This document shows, one piece after another, positions 50,001 to 59,402 of a DNA stretch of 64,000 bases (the stretch's first letter is position 1; the number at the start of each line of letters is the position of its first letter). Origin of the DNA: Barthelona sp. PCE (Eukaryota); the NCBI GenBank assembly GCA_040285745.1, contig JAUFOR010000004.1, positions 992,001 to 1,056,000 on the forward strand, written 5' to 3'. Made by a program: the position numbers and the translations under genes. The notes beneath the pieces were generated by a model. That model had not been told where the DNA came from and did no database searches. It saw only the letters and a program-made list of their open reading frames with translations.

Positions 50001-53000
50001 ATATAACGAACACACAAATCATTGGATCGAAGTCTTTTTTCAGTATAAGTAATGGAAAGTTGAGATATTTACAAGATGAATTTGCATTTAATGTTGATAA
50101 TATTCTCTTGTGTTCAACACATTTTCCAAGAAATTTAGAAATTATTAACAGTTCGATAGGCATAAATTTTGCTTGCTATGAAAATATTGGTTGGGTTACA
50201 GTTTTAACAGAGCAGTATGAACATACTGTATTTGAAAATGTTACACGTGGCGGATCACCAGCCAATTACATAACGTTCCTCACCCAAACAAGTTCAATTG
50301 AATTGATTGGCGATCAAAATACATTTGTTCATGCAATATTTGAAGGTACTGTCAATGGAACTGTAGTTTTGCGGGATTCTTTATCAGTGCTACGGTTTAT
50401 TCAAGTGTTAAATATTACTACAATGGAATTTACAAACATATATTTTCCAGGAAATCCTGTTCATATGTTTGTTGACAAACAGCGTTCTTATTTGAGTGGT
50501 CTGTTTTATCTTCAGTCTATTTCGGATTCTTGGACATGCTTAACTGCTTTGAGAGATGATGCTGCAGGTATATGGCACAGTGATAATGTATTAGGTGCAT
50601 CCAATCCCCAATACACTGTAGTCTTCCATCCAAAAAGCACTTCGTTATTCAGTGGTGATGTTATAGATAAATATTTAATTTTGTCTGAAAAATCAAATAT
50701 TTGGATATTAGATACGCGCAATTTCAATTACACTGAAAAAAACTTTCGCTTTTGTCATTCTTGTTTATTGTCAAAGTTTGGGGAAGGTGATTTGTGGATA
50801 TCTTCAAAGATCTTTTTTAACAAGGCTTGTAATGTTTCCAGTGATACCAATTCAATTTTTGCAATTAATATTCACACTGAATTTGTTTTAAATTGTTTTA
50901 ATGTTAGGAAGATTGTTATCAATCAGTTAAATTGCACTAATAATTTACTAATTGAAGTAGATTTAGCTGTCAAATTGATGTTTAATGATAGTAATTGTGA
51001 TATTAGTATTCCTTTTGGAACAATATATGTGTATTCGTTTAATATAGTTGCTTTTGAATTCCAAATATTAACTCCAAACGAATTTACATACAAAATTTAT
51101 GGAAGTATTTATATACTACGAAAAGTAGATACTCAAGCGTCCATAACCAATTACTTGCTAAATACGGATATCTGTGTTTATTGTATTGATGATCAGTTCA
51201 GAACAACATTTTTAGCTGAAAAACAAAATCGTTCAAAAGCAATTGATGTCATTGCTATTAATTCTGCAATAATGTTTGGTTTCGAACCTGCCTCATCGAG
51301 TCGTTTGAATATCTATTCATTCAACTCAACAATCGTGTTTTTACGTATAGAACCTGGCGAACTTCTCATTGATACATTAGTGGCAGTCAATTCTCACATT
51401 ACATTCAAAGACCTTGCGGGATCTGAGCTACTTTTCAAACTATCTAATGCTTATATGTTGGATTCTGAGCTAAAGCTGGGTTCAACATTAACGTTTGAGC
51501 ATTTAGTTGCTGAGAAATGCAATATTACAGAATTCCCATCAGCTGACAACGTAAGTATACATATATTTGATCCTGTTAACAATGTTGGATTCAATTTTAA
51601 TACTTTTGATAATAGCAATATATATCTTTTTGGAGAAAATCACAAATATGTATCTATAAAAGCTTCAAATTCTACGATTTATGCAATTACTGGACACTCA
51701 TTAACCAGCAATTTCAGATTTAATATAGGTAATGAATCAACCCTTATTTGTTTTGATGGAGAAATTATTGTTGATACCAATACATCTGTATATTCATTTG
51801 GTAAAGTAACATACTATAATCTTGAAAAGCATGAAAGCAATACACTGGTTTTAATGTCAGATTCATCAGGAGTGATTGGAGATGCTGTTGATATAAATTT
51901 TGATACTTCAGCATATATATATCTTGATGAGTATACTAATTATAATGATGTTCACAGCTCTCTGTTGCCTTTGCTATTCATTGACGAATCTTATTCATAT
52001 ATACATTATTCAAGATATACTATGTTACATCTCATACTAAGCTACGTTCCGTTAATATCATATAGACCTGATATAATAATATCTTTTGAAGATGTTGCTT
52101 CAAAAGGGTGTTTAAAATCTGCAAATACTAGAAATGAACGTGATCAAGTTGAACTGTTGTTGTTAGATCCTTTTGGACCTTTTTTTAACCTTTACACTTG
52201 TAATTCATATGTTTTATTAGACTGTAGTGTTTCAATATCATGTTCAGGTTTAAATTTGAATGAGGATTTTGTCAAGTTTAGGGTGACTATGAATGGTGCT
52301 GAATTTGATGAAGAAAGCTTTTCTTCAATTACGAAATCAAATGAAACAATTCATATTGATATCATGTTTCCTATCACAGATACTTCAATTGACATACATC
52401 TTTTAATAGAAGATGATGTCTTAGATACCTCAACTTCTATTCTATCATTCAAGGAAACAGAAATTTCTACTTCTTATCCAACACCTTTTTCCACTGATTC
52501 ATATGTGACTGTGACTTTTCAATGTTTAACTTTAGACTTTAACAGTAAGTTACATCATACACTTATTAATGGTTTCAAAGACCATTCAATAATCGAACTA
52601 GTTTCCAATCAGATTCTTGTATCAAATATTTCATTATTAGGTATACAAGATAACATTTTAAAACTCAATATTGGTGAAGTAACATTTGTTAGTAATTTTA
52701 CACTGAAAGCAAGTATTCAACAAACATTAATAGTCTCTTATAATACCAATATATCAATACAAGGTTCCATGCTTTGGATCGAGAACAATGCTTATGATGT
52801 CGTTGTCTTTGACGGTAAAAAACTTACGTGTGAACCTTTTGAATTTGGTCTAGAATGTATTAATCATGATTTGTGTTTTGATAAGAAATATACATTCCAT
52901 ATAGTATTCAATGGAGAAGTATATGCGTCTGTTTCATATCAATTTCCAATGCCAATGGAGATACATGGTTTCAAGCATGAAGGCATGACCTTCAGTCACA

Positions 53001-56000
53001 TGGGTTACGCATTAACTTGTTTTTCTGTGCTGACTCCTGATGAAAGGTTATTCCAAATTGATGATTTAATTTATAATCATGAGAACCTTACTGTTTCTGC
53101 TAAGCAAATGGTTCCTGATGCGTATGTGTATTTCAATTCCACAACACCATTACTTTTGCAGTCACATGGTACTTCTGTGAATTCAATAGATACATTAAGT
53201 GCTTCTACCAGCTCATTTGAACTTATCATCAATGGTAATCATCTTGGTGGTCATGGTACTGTTTATTTTATTCGTGTCACCGTTGGACAGTATGATTGCT
53301 CCATCAGAGCAGTCACCCACAATGAAATCATATGTGTACTGACTGGTATTGGTGTTGACCATCACATTACATTAGGTGTTGGTTCATATTCACAAATTAT
53401 TCCATTCAAAGTTTCGTTTGATCGGCCAATTATCAAGTACATGACACCTTCTGTCACGTCATGTGCTGTTCCTACAAATGTTACAGTTCATGGTTCCAAT
53501 TTTGGGTCTGAAAGAATCAGTTTTACTATCTATCTACCTGATGATACTTCTTTAATCATTGAAAAACAGTCTGCTTCACATATCATGTTCTTCATTGAGT
53601 TGCCTGCAGATCCTACTGGTTCTTGTTCGGGTATGGGTGGGCTACAAGCAACTGTTGGTGGACAATCATCTAATACTTTATTGTTCAACTATGCGGTTGT
53701 AGGCTCAGTTACACCATCAATTATCCCTGCAGCAGAGACTACAACAATGCTAACACTCGATGTCAGCAATGCTTATGCGGAACCTGTGCTCGTGCTGGTC
53801 GATGATGACGTCAGTATTGAGATCACCTGCACATACACCTCTTATAGAGTTACATGCAGCACAGTTCTCAACGAACCGCGCACATACACTCCCTTCCTCT
53901 GCGATGGAACAACTGAGCTTGATGAATGCGAGGAGCCAAGCGGCTCTGTTACTGTATTTGGGGTAGAGCAGGACAGACTCCTCACAGTAGGAAGCAACAG
54001 CGAAGCACGTGCGAGGTTCACGCTCGTCAATGTCGACTTCGACTTCGATCTGCGCAACATCGACTGGATTTCCACTCCCGTTGTTTCATCGCTTCTGATC
54101 GAAGGCAGTGTCGCTGATCCCTACTCTGCAGTGTTTGACTACGGTGCAGGGCAGCTCCCTCTTGAACCACAGCTTCTCAGTGTGGGTATTATCCTGCAAG
54201 ACGAGCTTGTTGTCTCTGGAGATCGTTTCGTAGTGAGCTCAGACTACCCACTTGATCAGGTATCTGTCACACTCAACGGAACCAACATCTACTGCACCTC
54301 ACGTGTTGTTGATTCCACCACGCTGCATGACTGTGTCGCGAACGTTGATCCCGGTGACTACGTAGTCAGATACACATCAACCGAGATCACAACTTCTGTC
54401 GGGCTGCTCAGCGTGTATACGGTTACTGGCATTGAACCGCAGACTGTGTTTAGTGATACACCTTTTGAAGTCATCATCACTGGATATAACCTGCCTGAAG
54501 TTGATGATCCCTTCTGTCAGTGGACTGTCTCACACGTATCGTGCATCTCTACCGGTATTTCTGATGCACAGACAGTTGTTTTTGACTGGATATCAACGCC
54601 TATCACTGTCGACCCGTTCCCAGTGCTTGACCTTCCCACTTTCGCTTACGTCAACACATCTTATGACATTTCATGCTCTGAGAACTGTGATTTTCTTGTG
54701 AACAACACCGTATACACTACAACAACGGGAGACAAACCACTCGTCGCTTGTAACAATGCACACTGCGCTGTCTTCTCGAGTATCACCATTTCAGAGCCTG
54801 TGATCACTTCAATATCACCACTAACCGTGAGTGTGACGAGTATCAGGCCTATTACAGTTGCTGGACAATCATTCAAGCCGAGTTGCATCTGTGACATAAG
54901 CGGCGAACGCGAGACGACTGTTGTTGACGATAGCACCATCATTTGCGATGTACCAACGGACGTAAACGTATATGGTGTTAATATTGTGTGCAACGGTATA
55001 GCATCGAACACGGAGTACTTCCAGGTTTCGCCCGTGCTCAGTCCCTACTGCCTTGCGGGCATTCCCACGTCGCTTGGCCCCATATTCAATGCGCAATCTG
55101 TCGCATCAGTAAGAGAAAGCAGGTGCATGCTTCAGCCGTCCGATCCGGTCAAGAAAAGTTCCTTTGAGTTTGATGGGGCGACCGATACCGTCGTGGATGG
55201 TGTTCTTGTGTCGTACTTTGATACATGCAACGTCCCATCAGTCAACATAAGCATTGGAGATGTGTCTCTTATTGTTAACTCAGATGCGACATGCGACCGT
55301 TTGCCTTCGTTCGCCACGACACACAGGGTGTGTGCGTACAAAGTGGACATGTTCGTTGTGTCACCTGGCATGATCGTTGACGTATCAGTTATTGATGGGT
55401 GCGACGCAACAAGCATCAACTCGATCGATCTCGTTGAGTTGCAACTTCTACAACCAGTGTCTGTCGCGATCACGCATCCTACCACCGTTAGGGCGAATCC
55501 AGGTGACGTTCCTATATCCATTTCAGTGTCAAATATTGTTGGAGAAACATTTATTCATGATTATGTTATTGATTATTGTCATGTTTCTTACTTCAACTTT
55601 TTACATGAAGTTTCTGTTCCTTTATGTCGTTCTATATCTGAAATATTAACTGTATCCGTATTTGATTCATTTTCAAATACAACATTACAAGCGTCTGCAA
55701 ATATTGAACCAACTTTGGGAGATATATTTGATCTTTCTTTCAGTCACACTGTCATTGAACTGTTAGGAAGTGAAAAAGAACATATGTTGCAGTATAATGC
55801 CACAGATTGGCTTGGTAGAGATGTTGAACTGTTATCATTGACGAGTAACGGAACTTGTAATAATACTTTACCAATAATTACATCACATATTGCACTAAGG
55901 GCATCATATGCAGATCTTAAAGACTGTAATCTCTGCTACAATGGCATATGTTCCACAATATTAACATCAATTACTCCATATATTCACCGTTCATATAGAA

Positions 56001-57310
56001 TGATCATGCCAAAGAACATGGATAGCGGAGTTGTTAAAATTTTACCAATTAATTTACCAAATATAGACCTAGATTCGTTGCCGAGTTCACTAAATGTTAT
56101 TATTTCAGATTTAATTTTTGTTTCATATGAATACACATTTAATCATACGACAGTGGATATTTTTACTGATAGATTACCTTATCCCCCAGGTACAGTTGTT
56201 ACATATCAGATAGTAATGGAGCAAGAGGTTGTCCATACTGATTCTGTGACTCTTTCGTGTCAGAATTCAACTACATGGAATTTTGCAAGGGCATCTTGTG
56301 TTTGTAATGCTGGATTTAGATCAGTCCAGGATGATCCACTCATATGTGCATCTTGTGGTGCTGGATTTTATCAACCCAGCAGTGGAATGTCTTTTTGCCA
56401 AACTTGTTCTGCAACTTACACTTCTCAACCCGGTGCAACAGCGTATACAGACTGTTTTTGTCCTAATGGCACCGAAGAAATTGAAGGAATATGTGTTGAA
56501 TGTCCAATTGGTTATTTATGCTTAAATGGGACAATTAAGGGGGTTTTACATGGGTTTTACATGGGACAGAGCGTAATTCCTTGTGTAGATGCTAGTTCAT
56601 GCATTGAAAAAGATTCTTTGATCTCTTCAAATTGTGCAATTGATCGTTACGGTTATTTATGTCATTTTTGTAGTAGTAATAGGGTTTCACGTTATTCAGA
56701 ATGTGATCCCGTTAACATTTCCCAATTCTTTTTAAGTTTAACAGCGCTCATTGTGTGGTGTATAGGTTCTTACTATATTTCACATATGGTTAAACTTTTT
56801 GCTATGTCACGTACTGCACTGTCAATTCTTTTTGCATTTAATCTACAATCCGTAGTTCCCAAATATATGTTCATTGTACTCGCTGATGTTGAAATCGATC
56901 AACATTTAGCTTTTGACATTTTGTTAAGCATTTTCCTTTTTTTGGTTTGTCTTTTAGAAATAATCCAACTTTTTGATAAGATGAATCTAAATGACAATGC
57001 AAAGAGAAGTATTCATAGAACCCTATACCCCTTGATATATCACATACTCTGGTCTATGGCACTTGCAACCCCAAATTATAGTGTAGGTTTTTCTCTTTTT
57101 TCTCACAACGTATTTATAGCTGTATTTACGTTAGCTTGCACACTCATCACCCTCATTTATCACAAGCATTACTATTATTTATCAGTAGGAATGTTTGCAT
57201 TCTTTTCCCTGCTTATTTGTGTCTCTTTGTTACTGCGAATCATGTTAATATTATTCTTCACAGTAACAACCATGGTCATAAACATGGTTACTTTCGCTGA
57301 AAAGTACTAG
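44036..57310 (+). CDS. 4424-aa giant surface protein: signal peptide, Cys-rich (GCC2/ephrin-receptor-like) repeats, long beta-rich solenoid, IPT/TIG domains, C-terminal multi-TM region
   Basis: Uninterrupted 13.3-kb ORF; C..C..G.Y repeats near both ends; IPT-like 'P.I..I.P....ITV.G.NF/SF' units; about 6-7 terminal TM helices. Confidence 0.85.
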   Translation: MRLRIVLLSICLLFVSGYRVGGIESLNDKFGLNMAGITQFWLGFGYIDTKSSLISCYAEDTVHIKCLCSVGVSSTPIITRAFSKYSTLKIETVSFSLPESMQLSATEFLQSVIIQSNLKGYGAIRPSINDLIGTKTVAVFVKIYRSSTTMNYYVRVWTPNIFNVRDVGSKEIEIHRQNSPDPIELSVASLRCSSFQSMDFYTNIVCAIYSEPEEQLHFVIYDVGSDSLEQFVVKVPADFDELSFLNVVYENNVQILIAQGSINLYIPNFPENRDIETVAVINEVFNLHSNFIPIVLDSSRVRDYILYSGRNEQFNRLYLTAENTGIDLDSTGYDVMIDVFEIKKSNDFTVVSISRMSGDAILVYNSHDYSLNTTFDASSSTSMCLKSNNNLYYIAEDVNYEINCMHVVDLNENALVYTACDPSYRFYDVSCTADNIYFSTQDTISLRKLACSMTGEIDYHCPFMADQTESDFTLALTKTLLLVYTDDELRGYSEIRSSHYRVIDTINNFSDAAILKTFPMTNAIGWYVLYERGKNSIYWGTYNETVGFEDCSDIITHSVHDIIIVNNRMIISFDEKDKVQVLIYDRISNTWIHEGFVSFDMLINYNFGGSMILSGNTLLFTGIASQFIENDLIYYHTLDIVCEDNHVLNEYMQCVLVCDEGAIFIPATDTCVQCESGMYAYEDFCLTCLSGHFCVNGIKTICPNGMVAGKGSISCVACDSQSAPNSERSSCVKNFVSCPSNFVVAFSLSVQGDICLFDIGKDDKKFLSSTDNVYISDNLVIDHAISSKGVRYISGSIYIENGELKTGKGFQSILINDFTCINGTFTSLSMKIKGSLILLNCSFSVIDLIVERDVEIANSSVRVFHKVFFYHHTIYVSNTHITSVAVLFGHFSIARLTDVTVEGSIIMFKAAQLVVQNCSSTSLSADVHSSIKGELLVKTLFTTALPTFSLPVLDLMSFQRFNRSAVTVSHPTAPICNYDDALELVGLSGVVTSSFNNDSVYSLSVAEKSEYKLEGFEYSWTEEKVERLEFDTSRTRAFLCEELIEFFGSKDVIEFDDCGFFEFVIRSISIKLLSLKNEYILDTSIDGSVIIGSGVSIQSLAVSDGTLCFENEIIFDSNSLIVLNSAILRFEKLLSINLPISHIDMSEISCKPGQYVSIDELSILNQATIVNCVFNETVIIHLEGSLKLNDVTISAQVYATSGGISVTYGNVSVEWVFRNGNNIALNGKMYSNYFDGYHDRFMGNYELIFIDNAAKISIIVCYEHFINFTFKNLVETKGTNCNFTCINCMFEQDFNIYSSDTVHIYSSTFTNLITEELTEILWGGDNHIEGLSITNSDTIFMEQPHVLTKLIIDTLLTNNAPVRIGPLHTLNIENLKMNANTTFIVQNLFLTEVILVTSQNFVIIGNLHKLDRLIRGEMGSNGVSITVTAVLTKIDSLLISDLVVLWSSASIIDSMVLSGSNFTISNSLQVNNIHFNNSFFVVDGDYIQLHILSGIFIENYIPYTIDHPSTEYLIQIRSNAKSAVSINGVVSAKDIPDHVPFITSSKTVIISLELSEKLLPNMFVLNAEHSDTKFFFTKFLSYSASTSTESYANTFYAPFAAGLTDIHGDSIGVSQNFQKNCYKLEEKLCIDPISILAEGSTAQDIVILLNDTSKPFSFEIGDHTTAVRVIVGRNVTVDFTYTSQSATPFIVFAEWNSSVTIFSNDDYSTKINMFGVNTELLLKNTAKMLAYIFMDGVLSASNTKFVRLRIFGSHSYVLSSDTLKIYDSNPSIIGKRGTELSILASDMTFVLGCFDYDNEFIITLTYTTGSHPKFKTINTALSLNSVGSEDAYDTSLSIISATAVGYFKEIKAQSISTIAISGFKTMYLHSRVEITNCTVHFYNTLMYMNSYSGLLLTDSVMEYFNQVDSLTFGYIYIEESFIISNSDEFVFRVNYSETTSLLSRTLQIYSRNIIFTHNNNITHSAFSADDSIILRFIVIDFRLFSIDLNITNTQIIGSKSFFSISNGKLRYLQDEFAFNVDNILLCSTHFPRNLEIINSSIGINFACYENIGWVTVLTEQYEHTVFENVTRGGSPANYITFLTQTSSIELIGDQNTFVHAIFEGTVNGTVVLRDSLSVLRFIQVLNITTMEFTNIYFPGNPVHMFVDKQRSYLSGLFYLQSISDSWTCLTALRDDAAGIWHSDNVLGASNPQYTVVFHPKSTSLFSGDVIDKYLILSEKSNIWILDTRNFNYTEKNFRFCHSCLLSKFGEGDLWISSKIFFNKACNVSSDTNSIFAINIHTEFVLNCFNVRKIVINQLNCTNNLLIEVDLAVKLMFNDSNCDISIPFGTIYVYSFNIVAFEFQILTPNEFTYKIYGSIYILRKVDTQASITNYLLNTDICVYCIDDQFRTTFLAEKQNRSKAIDVIAINSAIMFGFEPASSSRLNIYSFNSTIVFLRIEPGELLIDTLVAVNSHITFKDLAGSELLFKLSNAYMLDSELKLGSTLTFEHLVAEKCNITEFPSADNVSIHIFDPVNNVGFNFNTFDNSNIYLFGENHKYVSIKASNSTIYAITGHSLTSNFRFNIGNESTLICFDGEIIVDTNTSVYSFGKVTYYNLEKHESNTLVLMSDSSGVIGDAVDINFDTSAYIYLDEYTNYNDVHSSLLPLLFIDESYSYIHYSRYTMLHLILSYVPLISYRPDIIISFEDVASKGCLKSANTRNERDQVELLLLDPFGPFFNLYTCNSYVLLDCSVSISCSGLNLNEDFVKFRVTMNGAEFDEESFSSITKSNETIHIDIMFPITDTSIDIHLLIEDDVLDTSTSILSFKETEISTSYPTPFSTDSYVTVTFQCLTLDFNSKLHHTLINGFKDHSIIELVSNQILVSNISLLGIQDNILKLNIGEVTFVSNFTLKASIQQTLIVSYNTNISIQGSMLWIENNAYDVVVFDGKKLTCEPFEFGLECINHDLCFDKKYTFHIVFNGEVYASVSYQFPMPMEIHGFKHEGMTFSHMGYALTCFSVLTPDERLFQIDDLIYNHENLTVSAKQMVPDAYVYFNSTTPLLLQSHGTSVNSIDTLSASTSSFELIINGNHLGGHGTVYFIRVTVGQYDCSIRAVTHNEIICVLTGIGVDHHITLGVGSYSQIIPFKVSFDRPIIKYMTPSVTSCAVPTNVTVHGSNFGSERISFTIYLPDDTSLIIEKQSASHIMFFIELPADPTGSCSGMGGLQATVGGQSSNTLLFNYAVVGSVTPSIIPAAETTTMLTLDVSNAYAEPVLVLVDDDVSIEITCTYTSYRVTCSTVLNEPRTYTPFLCDGTTELDECEEPSGSVTVFGVEQDRLLTVGSNSEARARFTLVNVDFDFDLRNIDWISTPVVSSLLIEGSVADPYSAVFDYGAGQLPLEPQLLSVGIILQDELVVSGDRFVVSSDYPLDQVSVTLNGTNIYCTSRVVDSTTLHDCVANVDPGDYVVRYTSTEITTSVGLLSVYTVTGIEPQTVFSDTPFEVIITGYNLPEVDDPFCQWTVSHVSCISTGISDAQTVVFDWISTPITVDPFPVLDLPTFAYVNTSYDISCSENCDFLVNNTVYTTTTGDKPLVACNNAHCAVFSSITISEPVITSISPLTVSVTSIRPITVAGQSFKPSCICDISGERETTVVDDSTIICDVPTDVNVYGVNIVCNGIASNTEYFQVSPVLSPYCLAGIPTSLGPIFNAQSVASVRESRCMLQPSDPVKKSSFEFDGATDTVVDGVLVSYFDTCNVPSVNISIGDVSLIVNSDATCDRLPSFATTHRVCAYKVDMFVVSPGMIVDVSVIDGCDATSINSIDLVELQLLQPVSVAITHPTTVRANPGDVPISISVSNIVGETFIHDYVIDYCHVSYFNFLHEVSVPLCRSISEILTVSVFDSFSNTTLQASANIEPTLGDIFDLSFSHTVIELLGSEKEHMLQYNATDWLGRDVELLSLTSNGTCNNTLPIITSHIALRASYADLKDCNLCYNGICSTILTSITPYIHRSYRMIMPKNMDSGVVKILPINLPNIDLDSLPSSLNVIISDLIFVSYEYTFNHTTVDIFTDRLPYPPGTVVTYQIVMEQEVVHTDSVTLSCQNSTTWNFARASCVCNAGFRSVQDDPLICASCGAGFYQPSSGMSFCQTCSATYTSQPGATAYTDCFCPNGTEEIEGICVECPIGYLCLNGTIKGVLHGFYMGQSVIPCVDASSCIEKDSLISSNCAIDRYGYLCHFCSSNRVSRYSECDPVNISQFFLSLTALIVWCIGSYYISHMVKLFAMSRTALSILFAFNLQSVVPKYMFIVLADVEIDQHLAFDILLSIFLFLVCLLEIIQLFDKMNLNDNAKRSIHRTLYPLIYHILWSMALATPNYSVGFSLFSHNVFIAVFTLACTLITLIYHKHYYYLSVGMFAFFSLLICVSLLLRIMLILFFTVTTMVINMVTFAEKY

Positions 57311-57386
57311 AAAAGTAAAAAATCTTTGTTATTTTGTAAATTTTCCTTATCAAACGTACCGATTGTTGGTAACTTCTTGTGGAAAG

Positions 57387-59381
57387 ATGAAATTCCATCT
57401 CAGTGGGCAAAAGGCTGTGATAAAAGGGGATTTCAATTACATACCAACGTTTCCTTTCCAAACAAAGCCAAATTTGTCAGAATATGTGTTACCGACCAAC
57501 AGATGCTTTGAATTGCGACGATTCTGCTCACTTTGGGACAAGGGAATACCGTATATAAGGGTGTCAATGATAGATTCTTTTTTATGCTTAGCAAAAGAAT
57601 GTAACAGTGATACAGATCTTTTCAACATATTAAATTCCTTGTTTGGGGATGAAATTGTACTATTTTTTGCTCGGTTATATGGTTATTTAAGTATTTCCTA
57701 TGCATCTGAGCATCATGACATACTCTGGCGTCAATTACGGTTAGTGAGTATGTTTCTAGCGACTTCAAATGAGTGCATCAACAGTTTTTTTGAATGTGGA
57801 GGTTTATATTTGTGTTATGAATTGTTAAATTTTATTAATGAAGATGATGAATTTACTTATGAGATCCAATATAATTTAAATGTGCAAGTTTTACAGATAC
57901 TTAAAAATGCCAGCCACTCAAAACAATTATTTGCACACTTTTACTATGATATTACATCAGATATTAATACATTTTTAAAATTTTTTTCTACTGATTGCTC
58001 AGATGATTATCTACTGTTATTACGACCTATATGTATGGCAATGACATCAACCCATGTACCTGAGTATATTGATAACTTCTTAAGTAGTGCTCTTAATGTT
58101 TTTGCAACAGATATCTGTTCAGAATTGAGAAAGGTTTTATTACAAAGTTTTAGACGTATTTATGAATCACTTAGTCTTAAACAAATCCATCAGATCCTTT
58201 CACGACCGAATACAGTAAGAGGTGGATCAACAAATGTACCGAAATTGTTGAGATTTCCTGGAGCACAACCTTTAAGTGAACGAACTGATTCTTTAAGCAA
58301 CATAAGCTCTTTTTCAAGATTCGATCAGCTAGGTGAAATACTGATGGAGACGTTTTATCATGATGATGCTTTGTTATCAATTGAAATGATTGAATTTCTT
58401 CAAGATATACTTATTAAAGAAGCATTTTCTGATCGTGAGAATCATATGTACGTGTACCATAGAACAAAGTATTCGAATTTATTGGTAATGGTAGTACGTT
58501 CATCGGCTAATGTTATTAGTGTTGCTTTGAGTGATCGAGTTACTGCACCTTCATTACAAAGAACAGATTCTGTATCACAACTTTCACATAAATCAACTAC
58601 AATAGAGCCCTCCAAATTATTAGAGAATGTAACCTCTTTCTTAAGTTATTTTATTGCAATGATTAGTACCTTTGACATGGAACCATTCAGCAAAACTTTA
58701 AGAACTGCTCGTACAGCAAGTTCTGGAATTGATTGGATGGCAAGAATTGCTTCACAACCACATTTAGAGCGCATGGGTTCTACTTTATTGTCTATGTCCA
58801 CACATTCTAATAACTTTGACAGTACAGAATTAATGATGCATTTAATATCTTTACTGAATTCTTCAATCTCAAATTTTAAGATTCTTTTACTTCGGACTTT
58901 TACTTCTAATTATAGTATTTTAGCACAAATTTCTGCAGGTAGAGTTTTAGGTTTTTTCGCTAATTTAGATATGGACTGGTTTCGTTTTTTGTATTGGTAT
59001 TTTTCTGTTTGCTATATTGGTGCAGGATACACAATTGATGAAGATCTGAGGCAAAAAAGTATGAATGTATTGAAATCGTTGATGCGCAATCCTGAAATGG
59101 CATTTTATAATCTTGATTCTAATTTTAAACCAAATGCTGTCATTGATATGGAACAATATCGTCATTGGGAGGAGCCAAAAGATCTAGATATCATATATAC
59201 GCTGGATTTTAAGATCAATCCAGATGAAATGGAATTTTTTTTTGAAGAATATGATGGAGAAGAGGTTCAAGAAGAAGAGGTTCGTTCGTTAACCGCAAAA
59301 GACTTATTAAAAACCAAAAATTCAGTTGAGAGTTTAATGAATGGTCTTTTAGAAGATGCTGAAACTGCAGTTATTATGTAA
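57387..59381 (+). CDS. ARM-like helical protein
   Basis: First ATG at 57387; 'FFECGGLYLCYELL' ARM-like unit; acidic tail. Confidence 0.55.
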   Translation: MKFHLSGQKAVIKGDFNYIPTFPFQTKPNLSEYVLPTNRCFELRRFCSLWDKGIPYIRVSMIDSFLCLAKECNSDTDLFNILNSLFGDEIVLFFARLYGYLSISYASEHHDILWRQLRLVSMFLATSNECINSFFECGGLYLCYELLNFINEDDEFTYEIQYNLNVQVLQILKNASHSKQLFAHFYYDITSDINTFLKFFSTDCSDDYLLLLRPICMAMTSTHVPEYIDNFLSSALNVFATDICSELRKVLLQSFRRIYESLSLKQIHQILSRPNTVRGGSTNVPKLLRFPGAQPLSERTDSLSNISSFSRFDQLGEILMETFYHDDALLSIEMIEFLQDILIKEAFSDRENHMYVYHRTKYSNLLVMVVRSSANVISVALSDRVTAPSLQRTDSVSQLSHKSTTIEPSKLLENVTSFLSYFIAMISTFDMEPFSKTLRTARTASSGIDWMARIASQPHLERMGSTLLSMSTHSNNFDSTELMMHLISLLNSSISNFKILLLRTFTSNYSILAQISAGRVLGFFANLDMDWFRFLYWYFSVCYIGAGYTIDEDLRQKSMNVLKSLMRNPEMAFYNLDSNFKPNAVIDMEQYRHWEEPKDLDIIYTLDFKINPDEMEFFFEEYDGEEVQEEEVRSLTAKDLLKTKNSVESLMNGLLEDAETAVIM

Positions 59382-59402
59382 ATTCTTTTTTTCCCTTTTT
59401 CC

